A stretch of 64,000 nucleotides of DNA, taken from positions 157,907 to 221,906 of the forward strand of contig CAZOGI010000001.1 in the NCBI GenBank assembly GCA_964579435.1, written 5' to 3'. How positions within the stretch are numbered: position 1 is the stretch's first letter; each line of letters opens with the position of its first letter. The translations under genes and the position numbers were made by a program. The notes beneath the pieces are model-generated. The model was not told the DNA's origin. It did not search any database and was given only the letters and a program-made list of their open reading frames with translations. Shown here in pieces: positions 36,671 through 45,594 of this stretch. Source of the stretch: an uncultured Planctomycetales bacterium (GTDB taxonomy: Bacteria; Omnitrophota; Gorgyraeia; Gygaellales; Profunditerraquicolaceae).

Positions 36671-38425
36671 TCACTGTTTCCTTGTCCGAATATCTTCCCG
36701 CAGCGCCGAAACAAAAGCTTCCAGGCTCATCGTTTCGCTCTTGCCGCTGCCCTTCTTGCGCACGGCAACGGCCTGGGCCGCGCGCTCCCTCTCCCCGACC
36801 ACCAGCAGGTAGGGGATCTTGTCCAACTCCGCCTGACGGATGCGCTTATTGAGCGTCTCGTTGCGCGCGTCCAGTTCGGCGCGGATCGCTCCCGCGCGCA
36901 GCACCTCAAGGACCTGGCGGGCGTAACTTTCGGCGCCGGCGTCCACCGGAATGACCTGTGCCTGTACCGGCGCCAGCCATACCGGAAACGTCCCGTTATA
37001 GTGCTCGATCAGCGCCCCGACGAAACGCTCGATGCTGCCGAGCAAGACCCGGTGCAGCATAACCGGCTGCCGCTGCGTACCGTCGGCGTCGACGTAGCTG
37101 AGATTAAATCGCTTCGGCAGGGCAAAATCACACTGGATCGTCGCGCATTGCCAGGTGCGTTTCAGCGCGTCTTTCAGTTTGATATCGATCTTGGGCCCGT
37201 AAAATGCCCCGTCCCCCTCGTTGATTTCATACGCAAGGGCGCGGCGCTTCAGCGCCGCTTCAAGCGCTCCGGTTGCGGCCTGCCAATCCTGATCCGAACC
37301 GATCGATTTTTCCGGCCGGGTGCTCAACTCAACGAGGGGATCCCGGAAACCGAAGACCGCCAGGGTGTCGAAGACAAAATCGATAACGCCGGCAATCTCC
37401 TCGGCCAGTTGATCGGGGAGACAAAAAATATGCGCATCGTCCTGGGTAAAACCGCGGACCCGCAGCAACCCGTGCAACACCCCCGCCTTCTCGTTGCGGT
37501 ACACCGTTCCCAACTCAAAGAGCCGCAGCGGCAGATCGCGGTAGCTGCGCTGGCGCGACTGGTAAATCAGAATGTGCCCCGGGCAATTCATGGGCTTGAG
37601 CACGAATTCCCGGCCCTCGACGGAGAGGGTATACATGTTGTCGCGGTAATAGTCGTAATGCCCCGAGGCCTTCCACAGCTCGGCCTGCATGATATGGGGT
37701 GTCACCACCATCTGGTAGCCGCGCCGCAGGTGCTCTTGTCTTTCGAAATCCTCAATCAACATGCGCAGGAGCGCGCCCTTGGGGTGGTAAAAAACAAGGC
37801 CCGCTCCCGCCTCTTCATGAAAAATAGAGAAAAGCCCCAGCGACGGGCCGAGCTTGCGGTGATCCCGCGCCTTCGCCTGATCAAGGGCGAAAAGATGCTG
37901 CGCCAGCTCTTTCTCCGTCTCAAAACACGTCCCGTAGATGCGCTGCAGCATCGGGTTCGTTTCGATCCCATGCCAGTACGCCCCGGCGACCGATAAGAGC
38001 TTAAAGGCCTTGACCGCGTCGGTCGTCTCGACATGCGGACCGCGGCACAGATCAAGAAACCCCGAACCGGTGCGATAGACGGTAACGGTCTCCACCGGCA
38101 GCCCGTCCAGCAACTCCACCTTGTATGACTCGCCGCGCTCCGCCAGAAGCGCGCGGGCGTCGGCCTTGGCCAGCTCCTGGCGCAGGAACGGCTGCGCCGA
38201 GGCGATGATCGCGCGCATGCGCTCTTCGATGCGCGCCAGATCGGCGTCGGTCAACGGCTGCGCAAGATCGAAGTCATAATAAAAACCGTCCTCGATCGCC
38301 GGACCGATGCCCAGCTTCGCCTCCGGCCAAAGCTCTTTTACCGCCTGCGCCATGATATGCGCGCAGGAGTGACGGACGATTTCCATATCCATACCGGGCA
38401 CTAATAATTGTGGCTCTTGGCTCAT
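36671..38425 (-). CDS. thrS: threonine--tRNA ligase (no N-terminal TGS domain)
   Basis: Begins near the second additional (editing) domain (EIVRHSCAHIMAQAV). Class II core and anticodon-binding domain present. 584 aa. Confidence 0.9.
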   Translation of the reverse strand: MSQEPQLLVPGMDMEIVRHSCAHIMAQAVKELWPEAKLGIGPAIEDGFYYDFDLAQPLTDADLARIEERMRAIIASAQPFLRQELAKADARALLAERGESYKVELLDGLPVETVTVYRTGSGFLDLCRGPHVETTDAVKAFKLLSVAGAYWHGIETNPMLQRIYGTCFETEKELAQHLFALDQAKARDHRKLGPSLGLFSIFHEEAGAGLVFYHPKGALLRMLIEDFERQEHLRRGYQMVVTPHIMQAELWKASGHYDYYRDNMYTLSVEGREFVLKPMNCPGHILIYQSRQRSYRDLPLRLFELGTVYRNEKAGVLHGLLRVRGFTQDDAHIFCLPDQLAEEIAGVIDFVFDTLAVFGFRDPLVELSTRPEKSIGSDQDWQAATGALEAALKRRALAYEINEGDGAFYGPKIDIKLKDALKRTWQCATIQCDFALPKRFNLSYVDADGTQRQPVMLHRVLLGSIERFVGALIEHYNGTFPVWLAPVQAQVIPVDAGAESYARQVLEVLRAGAIRAELDARNETLNKRIRQAELDKIPYLLVVGERERAAQAVAVRKKGSGKSETMSLEAFVSALREDIRTRKQ

Positions 38426-38482
38426 CGCCCCCCGCCTACGGCGACGCGCGCCGGGGACTACGAACCATGAGCCAAAAGAAAT

Positions 38483-38558
38483 GGTGGGCCCATGAGGACT
38501 CGAACCTCAGACCTTCACGATGTCAACGTGACGCTCTAACCAACTGAGCTATGAGCCC
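38483..38558 (-). tRNA. tRNA-Val (anticodon GAC), CCA encoded
   Basis: Reverse complement GGGCTCATAGCTCAGTTGGTTAGAGCGTCACGTTGACATCGTGAAGGTCTGAGGTTCGAGTCCTCATGGGCCCACCA gives a cloverleaf with anticodon loop TTGACAT. Confidence 0.85.
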
Positions 38559-38583
38559 AACAACCGCTTGATTCCGTCTCAAA

Positions 38584-38666
38584 TGGGCAAGGAGGGATTC
38601 GAACCCTCACAGCCGTGAGGCCAACAGATTTTAAGTCTGTCGTGTATGCCATTCCACCACTTGCCC
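38584..38666 (-). tRNA. tRNA-Leu (anticodon TAA), long variable arm, no CCA encoded
   Basis: Reverse complement GGGCAAGTGGTGGAATGGCATACACGACAGACTTAAAATCTGTTGGCCTCACGGCTGTGAGGGTTCGAATCCCTCCTTGCCCA. Acceptor GGGCAAG/CTTGCCC, anticodon loop CTTAAAA. Confidence 0.8.
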
Positions 38667-38729
38667 GCAGCTTTTCTTCGCACCCGTTAGCGCGCGCGCC
38701 CTCCCTGCCGGTGCGCACGGGAGTGGGAA

Positions 38730-38804
38730 TGGAGGCGGCAAGCGGAATCGAACCGCTGGATAACTGTTTTGCAGACAGTTGCCTTGCCACTTGGCTATGC
38801 CGCC
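38730..38804 (-). tRNA. tRNA-Cys (anticodon GCA), CCA encoded
   Basis: Reverse complement GGCGGCATAGCCAAGTGGCAAGGCAACTGTCTGCAAAACAGTTATCCAGCGGTTCGATTCCGCTTGCCGCCTCCA. Confidence 0.85.
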
Positions 38805-39415
38805 GTCTTAAGAACGTTGTCAACCGCGGCCAGGATCGTCTCGGTATCGGCAAGACATCCCGGCCCCACCGTCCCGCACGCAAGCTTGCCGACCCGCGGT
38901 TCGACGAAGACATACCCCAACGCGGCCAGTTTCCGGATATTGCCCTGCGTGATCGGATTGGTATACATCGCCGCGTTCATCGCCGGACAGAAAATCACCG
39001 GCGCTTTCGTCGCAGAAATAATACAGGAAAGGAGATCGTCGCAGAGCCCGCCGGCGACCTTGGCGATGCACTGCGCCGTTGCCGGCGCGATCAAAACCGC
39101 ACGGGCCCGTTCGGCCAGGGAGATATGTTCCACCTCCCAGGTTTCGGGCGAATCGAACAACCCCCGATACGCCCGTCGTCCCGTCAAGGCTTCCCAGAGC
39201 AGCGGCCGGATAAACTCTTCCGACTCCCGCGTCATAACGACATCGACCGAGCAGCCTCGATCCCGCAGGCGCCGGATCAGATCGCCCGCCTTATAGATCG
39301 CGACGCTGCCGGTCACGCCCAGGATAACAACCGGGGCGGCTGCGGCGATGCGGCGGGTTTCTTTAGGCGGCACCTTTTGCCTTCTTACAGCTGACTTTGC
39401 CTTCAGCAATTTCAT
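38795..39415 (-). CDS. coaC: phosphopantothenoylcysteine decarboxylase-like flavoprotein (CoaC domain only)
   Basis: VVILGVTGSVAIYKAGDLIRRLR flavoprotein N-terminus and PAMN motif. No CoaB half. Start uncertain: ATG 39415 overlaps rpoZ by about 50 nt, and an alternative GTG lies at 39373. The 3' end overlaps tRNA-Cys by about 10 nt. Confidence 0.65.
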   Translation of the reverse strand: MKLLKAKSAVRRQKVPPKETRRIAAAAPVVILGVTGSVAIYKAGDLIRRLRDRGCSVDVVMTRESEEFIRPLLWEALTGRRAYRGLFDSPETWEVEHISLAERARAVLIAPATAQCIAKVAGGLCDDLLSCIISATKAPVIFCPAMNAAMYTNPITQGNIRKLAALGYVFVEPRVGKLACGTVGPGCLADTETILAAVDNVLKTAA

Positions 39416-39578
39416 GCAGGGCGATAGTGGAGGGCTTGGTGGTGCTATTGATTTCAACCAGCTTCGGTTGCCCTTCCGCAATCTCCAATGCGCGCTTGGA
39501 GGCGAGTACCACTAATTTATAAATCGAATCGTTGCTTCTGTCCAACAGCCTCTCAAGCGGAACATAATTTATAAGCAT
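39363..39578 (-). CDS. rpoZ: RNA polymerase omega subunit
   Basis: SIYKLVVLASKRALEIAEG, typical RpoZ core. Confidence 0.8.
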   Translation of the reverse strand: MLINYVPLERLLDRSNDSIYKLVVLASKRALEIAEGQPKLVEINSTTKPSTIALHEIAEGKVSCKKAKGAA

Positions 39579-39599
39579 GTCTCTCCCTAAAATGTAACC

Positions 39600-40202
39600 C
39601 TATGTCTTAAAATGCGATACATTGCTGCGAATAATTTTTTTGAGCTCTTGGATAGCCAGCGCCAAGCGGTCATTAATCAGAAGGTAGTCAAATTTCCTGG
39701 CGCGACGCATCTCCTGCCTGGCCAATGCCAGCCGCTGGCCGATCTCGCGCGCCGCCGTTTCCCGTTTACGCGCGCCAATGCGCTTCGCCAAAACCTCCTC
39801 TGAAGGCGCGCCCACCAATATCGAAACGGTCTCCCGGGGAAAAGCTCGCTTAACCTGCCGAACCCCCCGATAATCGAGACAAAGGATCAGGTTGCGGCCG
39901 CGCGCCAGCTGCTGCTGCACAAACGCGCGCGGAGTTCCGTAATAATACCCCAAATACCTGGTCCATTCAAGAATTTTTTTCGCTTTCTGCAGAGCGCGGA
40001 AGCGTTGCGCAGAGACAAAAAAATAATCCCTCCCTTCGCGCTCGCCCGCCCGCCGCGGCCGCGTGGTGCACGAAACCGAACGCCTGAGGCATTTTTTCGC
40101 CTGCGGATCCCGCAGGATACGCCGCGCCAGGGTCGTCTTGCCTGACCCTGAAGGGCCGGAAAGGATGAAAAGTCGTCCGCTCAGGGGTACGGGGGATTTC
40201 AC
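39600..40202 (-). CDS. gmk: guanylate kinase
   Basis: LFILSGPSGSGKTTL P-loop and SCTTR motif. Confidence 0.85.
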   Translation of the reverse strand: MKSPVPLSGRLFILSGPSGSGKTTLARRILRDPQAKKCLRRSVSCTTRPRRAGEREGRDYFFVSAQRFRALQKAKKILEWTRYLGYYYGTPRAFVQQQLARGRNLILCLDYRGVRQVKRAFPRETVSILVGAPSEEVLAKRIGARKRETAAREIGQRLALARQEMRRARKFDYLLINDRLALAIQELKKIIRSNVSHFKT

Positions 40203-41032
40203 TCGATGTTCTGGACCTGCTCGCGCAACTTCTCTATTTTACTCTTGAGCCCGACCACGATCGCCGAGATCGGCCCGTCGCAGGATTTGGCGCCCATGGT
40301 ATTGGTCTCGCGCTGCATCTCCTGGGCGATAAAATCGAGCTCTTTGCCTACCGGACTGTTCCCCGCGCATTTTTCCAGGAAGGTACGCAGAAAGAAATCC
40401 AGGCGATCGAGCTCCTCGGCAATATCGATATTCTTTAAAAAGCTGGCGCGCTCATCGGGTGTCGAGAGCTGCGCCGCCTTCTCCTTGGCGACGACGCAAA
40501 ACCGGGCGCGGATCCGCCCCACCTCTGTCTGCATGGTGCGGGCATACTGGCGCAGTATCCGCTGCAAAGCGCGCCCCTCTTTTTGGCGCATGCGCAGCAG
40601 TTGCGTCAACGCCCGCGCCAGCAAACGCTCCAGCTGCGGCCACAAGGTCTCCCGCGAAGTCCGCCGCTCGACCAGCGAAACCACGCCGGGCAAATGCAGC
40701 AGCGTTTCCAGCGAAGGCGCCCCCGCGAGGCGATAGCGCCTTTGGACGTGGGCAATCTCTTCCAGGTAGCGGCCCAGGAGCGCGGTGTCGAGACGCACAT
40801 CCGCCGGCATTGCCGCGGCGACCTTGAAGACGCACACCACTCGCCCGCGGCAAAGCTTCTTTTCGACCTCCTTCTTGATCCGGTCCTCAAACGCCAAAAA
40901 ACCTTCGGGCAAATGCAGGACCGTCTCGAGGAATTTATGGTTGGTGCTGCGCAGCTCTATCGAACAGCTGCCCCCCTGCGCAAGCGAACCTTCGGCGATG
41001 CCGAACCCCGTCATGCTGCGAATCATTCCCAC
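40199..41032 (-). CDS. yicC: YicC/YloC family stress-induced protein
   Basis: MIRSMTGFG N-terminus. Classic yicC-gmk-rpoZ-coaC order. Confidence 0.8.
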   Translation of the reverse strand: MGMIRSMTGFGIAEGSLAQGGSCSIELRSTNHKFLETVLHLPEGFLAFEDRIKKEVEKKLCRGRVVCVFKVAAAMPADVRLDTALLGRYLEEIAHVQRRYRLAGAPSLETLLHLPGVVSLVERRTSRETLWPQLERLLARALTQLLRMRQKEGRALQRILRQYARTMQTEVGRIRARFCVVAKEKAAQLSTPDERASFLKNIDIAEELDRLDFFLRTFLEKCAGNSPVGKELDFIAQEMQRETNTMGAKSCDGPISAIVVGLKSKIEKLREQVQNIE

Positions 41033-41526
41033 GTCTCCACGGTTCGCTCGCGCTCAACCGCCTTTTTCGTCCGGTACAGTGGCACGATAATCTCCTCCGG
41101 CGAAAACCAGAGTTTGATCTCCCGCTCCGCCTCTTTCTCGTCCGAAGAAACATGAATGACGTTTTCGTATACCCCCGAGGTGGTAATCCGGCCATAAGAG
41201 CCGCGGATACTGGTTGACTCCGCCTCCTCCGGATTCGTGGCGCCGGCCAGCTCTCGGCACTTGCGGATCGCCTCTTTCCCCCAATACACCAGCGCCATAA
41301 CCTTACGGCGATCGTGCAGCTCCCCCTGCAAATACCGCAGCAGCTCTTCGAAAAACGGCTTATCCCGCAGATGACAGTAGTGCGCCGAGGCCAACTCCCG
41401 GGAGACGCGGACCATTTTTGCGCCGACGATCTCCAGTTTCGTCTCCGAAAGACGGGTGAGAATATTGCCCGTCAACGATTTTTTGAGCCCGTCGGGCTTG
41501 ATGAGAATAAGGACCGCCTGATTCAT
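41023..41526 (-). CDS. ndk: nucleoside diphosphate kinase (with C-terminal extension)
   Basis: LILIKPDG and NVIHVSSD (catalytic His) motifs. Confidence 0.75.
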   Translation of the reverse strand: MNQAVLILIKPDGLKKSLTGNILTRLSETKLEIVGAKMVRVSRELASAHYCHLRDKPFFEELLRYLQGELHDRRKVMALVYWGKEAIRKCRELAGATNPEEAESTSIRGSYGRITTSGVYENVIHVSSDEKEAEREIKLWFSPEEIIVPLYRTKKAVERERTVETWE

Positions 41527-41530
41527 TGCA

Positions 41531-42391
41531 TTACCCCCCTGCCATTTTGTCGACGAGCCGAGACAGGTCGTCGGGAGAGTAGAATTCTATCGCGATCTCC
41601 CCCCTCTTTTTACGTCTCGTAATGCGGACCTTGGTTCCCAATGCCTGCTGAAGCCGCTCCTCCGCCGCAACCAGCGACGGATCCTTGCCGGCGAGGGAGC
41701 GTATGCGCTGCCGGACCGCGCGCGGCGAGCGCCGGCGCAGGAGCGTCTCGAGCTCCCGCACCGACAACGCCTTGATGACCGCCTCGTGTGCAAGACGCCG
41801 CTGCAGGTGCGGATCATCCAGTTCCAGGAGTGCCCTGCCATGCGCAAAACTCAGGCGGCCGCCGCGGATATCCTCCTGCACCTCTGCGGGCAGATTCAAC
41901 AGCCGCAGGGTATTGGCAACGCTCGCGCGCGCCTTGCCCAGCACCACACTGATACGTTCCTGAGTGATCTGGAACTTATCGATGAGGTATTGGTACGCGC
42001 GCGCCTCTTCGATCGCGTTGAGATCCTGACGCTGGATGTTTTCGATAAGCGCGATCTCCAGCGCTTCCTGGTCGTTTGCCTCTTTCAAAAGAACCGGGAT
42101 TTCGCTCAATTGCAGATGCTGTGCGGCGCGGAACCGTCGTTCACCGGCGATCAACTCGAATATATCGCCCTTCTTGCGCGCGACAACCGGTTGGATAACT
42201 CCCTTTTCTTTGATCGACTGTATCAATTCCTGCATCCGCACCGGATCAAAATCCTCCCGCGGCTGCAGCGGATTCGGCCGCACCTGCTCGATCTTGGCAA
42301 GGATAACCGCTCCGCTTTCTTCTTGCAAAGATGCCCGCTCAGGTAACAACGCACTCAATCCCTTTCCTAAAGCTCGTTTTTCCATCCGCAT
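41531..42391 (-). CDS. parB: chromosome partitioning protein ParB/Spo0J
   Basis: ParB box GERRFRAA, helix-turn-helix and C-terminal dimerisation region. Confidence 0.9.
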   Translation of the reverse strand: MRMEKRALGKGLSALLPERASLQEESGAVILAKIEQVRPNPLQPREDFDPVRMQELIQSIKEKGVIQPVVARKKGDIFELIAGERRFRAAQHLQLSEIPVLLKEANDQEALEIALIENIQRQDLNAIEEARAYQYLIDKFQITQERISVVLGKARASVANTLRLLNLPAEVQEDIRGGRLSFAHGRALLELDDPHLQRRLAHEAVIKALSVRELETLLRRRSPRAVRQRIRSLAGKDPSLVAAEERLQQALGTKVRITRRKKRGEIAIEFYSPDDLSRLVDKMAGG

Positions 42392-42393
42392 CC

Positions 42394-43200
42394 TCAGCTA
42401 TTTATGGTTCCCGAAGAATTATCCAGACTGAAATCTGGCTTGGGTATTCCTAAAATCTCGCAGGCAAGCTCTTCATACTTTTGAGCGCCTAATGAATCCT
42501 TGTCATACAAAGAGATTGGTTTGCCGTAACTCGGTGCCTCTGTTAATCTTATGTTTCTTGGAATGACTGTTTTATAAACTTTTTCTCTAAAATACCCTCG
42601 CACCTCTTGAATAACTTCTTTGGTAAGATTTGTCCGGAAATCGGCCATAGTTAAAAGGACCCCTTCAATTTCCAGTCCGGGGTTGAGTGTTTCACGAACC
42701 AGCTTGACGGTATTCATCAGCTGCGTCAATCCTTCTAACGCATAATATTCGCACTGAACGGGAATGATAAGCGAGTCTGCCGCACAGAGCGCATTGATCG
42801 TCAGTAACCCCAGCGATGGCGGCGAATCGATGATCACGAAATCGAAATTGTTCTTTTCCTCGACAAGCGAGCGCTTCAGCTTATACTCGCGCCCCAGAGC
42901 TCCGACGAGCTCAACCTCTGCGCCGGTCAGGTCAAGATTTGCCGGCGCCACAAAGAAATTCGGGACCGCGGTTTCAACAACAACCCCCGCCAGCTTCTCC
43001 TCCTCCAAGAGAATATGGTATGTACTCTTCTTTACATCGTGCCGATTAATGCCTGCGCCGCTCGTTGCATTTGCCTGGGGGTCAAGGTCGATCAACAGAA
43101 CCCGCTTTTGCGCGCGCGCCAGATAGGCGGAAAGATTGATTGAAGTTGTCGTTTTCCCTGTTCCACCCTTCTGGTTGCAGATTGAAATTACCTTACCCAT
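42394..43200 (-). CDS. parA: chromosome partitioning ATPase ParA/Soj
   Basis: KGGTGKTT deviant Walker A, 268 aa. Confidence 0.9.
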   Translation of the reverse strand: MGKVISICNQKGGTGKTTTSINLSAYLARAQKRVLLIDLDPQANATSGAGINRHDVKKSTYHILLEEEKLAGVVVETAVPNFFVAPANLDLTGAEVELVGALGREYKLKRSLVEEKNNFDFVIIDSPPSLGLLTINALCAADSLIIPVQCEYYALEGLTQLMNTVKLVRETLNPGLEIEGVLLTMADFRTNLTKEVIQEVRGYFREKVYKTVIPRNIRLTEAPSYGKPISLYDKDSLGAQKYEELACEILGIPKPDFSLDNSSGTINS

Positions 43201-43273
43201 TTAATTTCAAATAGTTACAAATTGTTCCACGCGGAACATTTTGATTGCCCTTGATTCTTTATCTATTGTCCTT

Positions 43274-43501
43274 TTATTTTGCCGGCTTGTCAAGTTTTTT
43301 GTCTGCTGCCGGAACTACGCTTACCCTTACCTTGGCTGGCTTTGCCCCCGCCATACCAAATAGCCCTCTTTCTTCCTCGCTAAGCACTTCTATCTTCACT
43401 TGCTTACGCGGGACCTTGAGCGCAACCAGGGCTTTATTAATAGCGTCCTCGAGATTTTTACCCTCAACCTCGATACTTTGAAATTCTTTATGCGGGGACA
43501 T
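43274..43501 (-). CDS. Jag/KhpB N-terminal-domain-only protein
   Basis: MSPHKEFQSIEVEGKNLEDAINKALVALKV...GLFG matches Jag_N. No KH or R3H domains follow. Sits downstream of yidC as jag does. Confidence 0.45.
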   Translation of the reverse strand: MSPHKEFQSIEVEGKNLEDAINKALVALKVPRKQVKIEVLSEEERGLFGMAGAKPAKVRVSVVPAADKKLDKPAK

Positions 43502-45023
43502 TCTTGTACACTCTCGCTTGATAAATAAGCATGAGAAGGCTATTCGTGATCCAGTACAAAACAAGTCCGGAGGGAACGCGGTAAAACGCCATTCCAAAAA
43601 TTATCGGCATTAAGAAAAGCATCATCTTCTGCTGTTCATTGGCTCCAGCGGTTTTACTCATGGATATCTTCTGTTGAAAGAACATCGCAAGAGCCATGAG
43701 GATTGGTAATAAATTAATTTCGTTGCCTAAAAGCGGGAGGTGATTGGGCAAAAGCGCAATCCGGTCAGGCTCGGAAAGATCCTTAATCCAGAAAAACTCC
43801 GCACCTTTTAACGCAATAGAGCGAGGAAGCAGTTGAAGGAAGGCAACAAAAACGGGCATTTGCAATAACAGCGGCAAGCAGCCGCCCAAGGGATTGACTT
43901 TATGCTCCCGAAATAACTTCATTTGTTCTTGCTGAAATTTCTGGGGATTATCCTTATACAACTTCCTTAACTCTTCGAGTCGAGGTTGAATCATTTGCAT
44001 CTCTTTCATCGACTTTGTTTGCTTTATGGTCAATGGAAATAGCGCTATAAAAATTGTGCATGAAACGCCAATGATGGCCCATCCCCAGTTATTGAATAAC
44101 CTGTGGAAAAACTCAAGCAATTGAAGCAAAATTTGTGATATAAAATCAAAGGTTCCAAAATGAATAATCGACGCATACTCGGGATCAGCTTCTGAAAGCA
44201 GCTTTATAATCTGTGGGCCGGCAAATAATTTCAAATTTAACGCCTTCTTTTCTCCTGGTTTTAGCTCCATCAACGACTGCGGACTAAACGTCACCACAGA
44301 AACATTTTTATCCGGACGCGAGATTGATCCGTTAATTTTTACTGAATCATCAGATTGGACAATTAAAGCATAATATCTTGTTTTGAAAGCAATGAAGTCA
44401 ACATCTTTAAAGTCTGCCTTCTTTGAAGGAGCATAGGTAGTTGTATTATTTTTTTCCCTACTCACCACAACACTACTATATTGTAAATCGCTTGCCCCCT
44501 GCTTCAAATCAAAACTTCCCAGAACAACTGGAAAATTTACCGTACGAACATTACTTCCAATATTCTCAACTTCAAATTTAAGATTTCCTTGAACACTATT
44601 CTTAAAAGATAGAATCCTTTTAATTCTAAATTCTCTATCTTCACTAACCGAAATAATGGAATTATTAATTAAATTAGATTCACTAATAATAAAATTATTA
44701 TTAAACCCAACTATTTCTAAGGCATTAAATAACAACATGTTACCACCACCAAAAACTTTTCCAAACTTCAACTCAAACAATGACCCGGTTAAGCCATTAA
44801 ATACCGCCTTAAAATGTCCAAAGTTAAATTCCTTTTTGGACATTTCTTTAACATTTTGCAGATCGTTCTTTTTTATTTCTGGCGGGAGGATTTCTTTTGA
44901 AGACAGCGGCTCTTGTTCAGATCGCAGAAGGAGCGGGGACGGCTGTTGCTTTGGCAAAACGGACGACCAAATAAACAATACCACCGCTGACAAGAAAATA
45001 GCCAAAATCAGTCTTTTTTCCAT
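43488..45023 (-). CDS. yidC: membrane protein insertase YidC
   Basis: N-terminal TM helix, large periplasmic domain and the conserved C-terminal five-TM 60-kDa inner membrane domain. Confidence 0.9.
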   Translation of the reverse strand: MEKRLILAIFLSAVVLFIWSSVLPKQQPSPLLLRSEQEPLSSKEILPPEIKKNDLQNVKEMSKKEFNFGHFKAVFNGLTGSLFELKFGKVFGGGNMLLFNALEIVGFNNNFIISESNLINNSIISVSEDREFRIKRILSFKNSVQGNLKFEVENIGSNVRTVNFPVVLGSFDLKQGASDLQYSSVVVSREKNNTTTYAPSKKADFKDVDFIAFKTRYYALIVQSDDSVKINGSISRPDKNVSVVTFSPQSLMELKPGEKKALNLKLFAGPQIIKLLSEADPEYASIIHFGTFDFISQILLQLLEFFHRLFNNWGWAIIGVSCTIFIALFPLTIKQTKSMKEMQMIQPRLEELRKLYKDNPQKFQQEQMKLFREHKVNPLGGCLPLLLQMPVFVAFLQLLPRSIALKGAEFFWIKDLSEPDRIALLPNHLPLLGNEINLLPILMALAMFFQQKISMSKTAGANEQQKMMLFLMPIIFGMAFYRVPSGLVLYWITNSLLMLIYQARVYKNVPA

Positions 45024-45039
45024 TGTTTGCCTTTATGCG

Positions 45040-45255
45040 CTAATGAGGCGGATCATAGAGTGGGCCGCGGGTAAAAGGATGGCACCGCAAAATGCGCCGG
45101 CAGGCTTTTAAGCCGCCACACCAAAAACCCCACCGGGAAATCGATTCCTTCGCATACTCCGAACAACTGGGGATATAACGACAGCTGGGCGGCAGGAGCC
45201 CGCGGAAAAACCGCTGATACGTCGCAAGGAACAAAAGCGCTATCCGTCGGCCCAT
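45040..45255 (-). CDS. yidD: membrane protein insertion efficiency factor YidD
   Basis: YQRFFRGLLPPSCRYIPSCSEYA...RCHPF, full length at 71 aa. Confidence 0.85.
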   Translation of the reverse strand: MGRRIALLFLATYQRFFRGLLPPSCRYIPSCSEYAKESISRWGFWCGGLKACRRILRCHPFTRGPLYDPPH

Positions 45256-45393
45256 TTAAGCCGCCAGGCGCTTTCTGCCCTTTTTCCGACGACGGGCGAT
45301 CAATTGCCTCCCGGTGCGCGTGCTCATCCTCGCCCGAAAACCATGCTTGCGTTTTGCGACGATCTTGGTCGGCGTCTTCAGATTTTTTTTCAT
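45256..45393 (-). CDS. rpmH: 50S ribosomal protein L34
   Basis: 45-aa [48 protein letters not shown]. Its stop codon abuts the yidD ATG. Not in the ORF track (too short). Confidence 0.85.
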   Translation of the reverse strand: MKKNLKTPTKIVAKRKHGFRARMSTRTGRQLIARRRKKGRKRLAA

Positions 45394-45566
45394 TTTGCTC
45401 TCCCTCGGTAAGTGGCAACTCCGTCGAATTGGGATAAATTATAACACATTGTTATCTCAAGTCAACACTAAATGTTTCGACTCTAGAAAAATCTGCAAAG
45501 CAAAACCCCGATGGGATTTTCTCGGGCGGCGCAAAACACAGAAGGGACTGTCGTTTCAATTTTATG

Positions 45567-45594
45567 TTGACTTCCCGAAAAGGGGCTGTATAAT
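45567..45594 (+). promoter_or_regulatory. candidate dnaA promoter (TTGACT-16-TATAAT)
   Basis: -35 TTGACT 45567..45572 and -10 TATAAT 45589..45594, about 95 nt upstream of the dnaA ATG in an AT-richer spacer. Confidence 0.45.

Noticed and set aside
37500-38460. T-box or leader regulation upstream of thrS and pheS
   Set aside because: The thrS upstream space is occupied by tRNA genes and the pheS upstream by an overlapping ORF. No specifier-loop or T-box consensus (AATTAGGGTGGNACCGCG) was found.
45053-45418. 121-aa minus-strand ORF as a possible rnpA
   Set aside because: Acidic composition and no RNR motif. It lies in an alternative frame over the well-supported rpmH and yidD coding sequences, so it is an overlap artefact.
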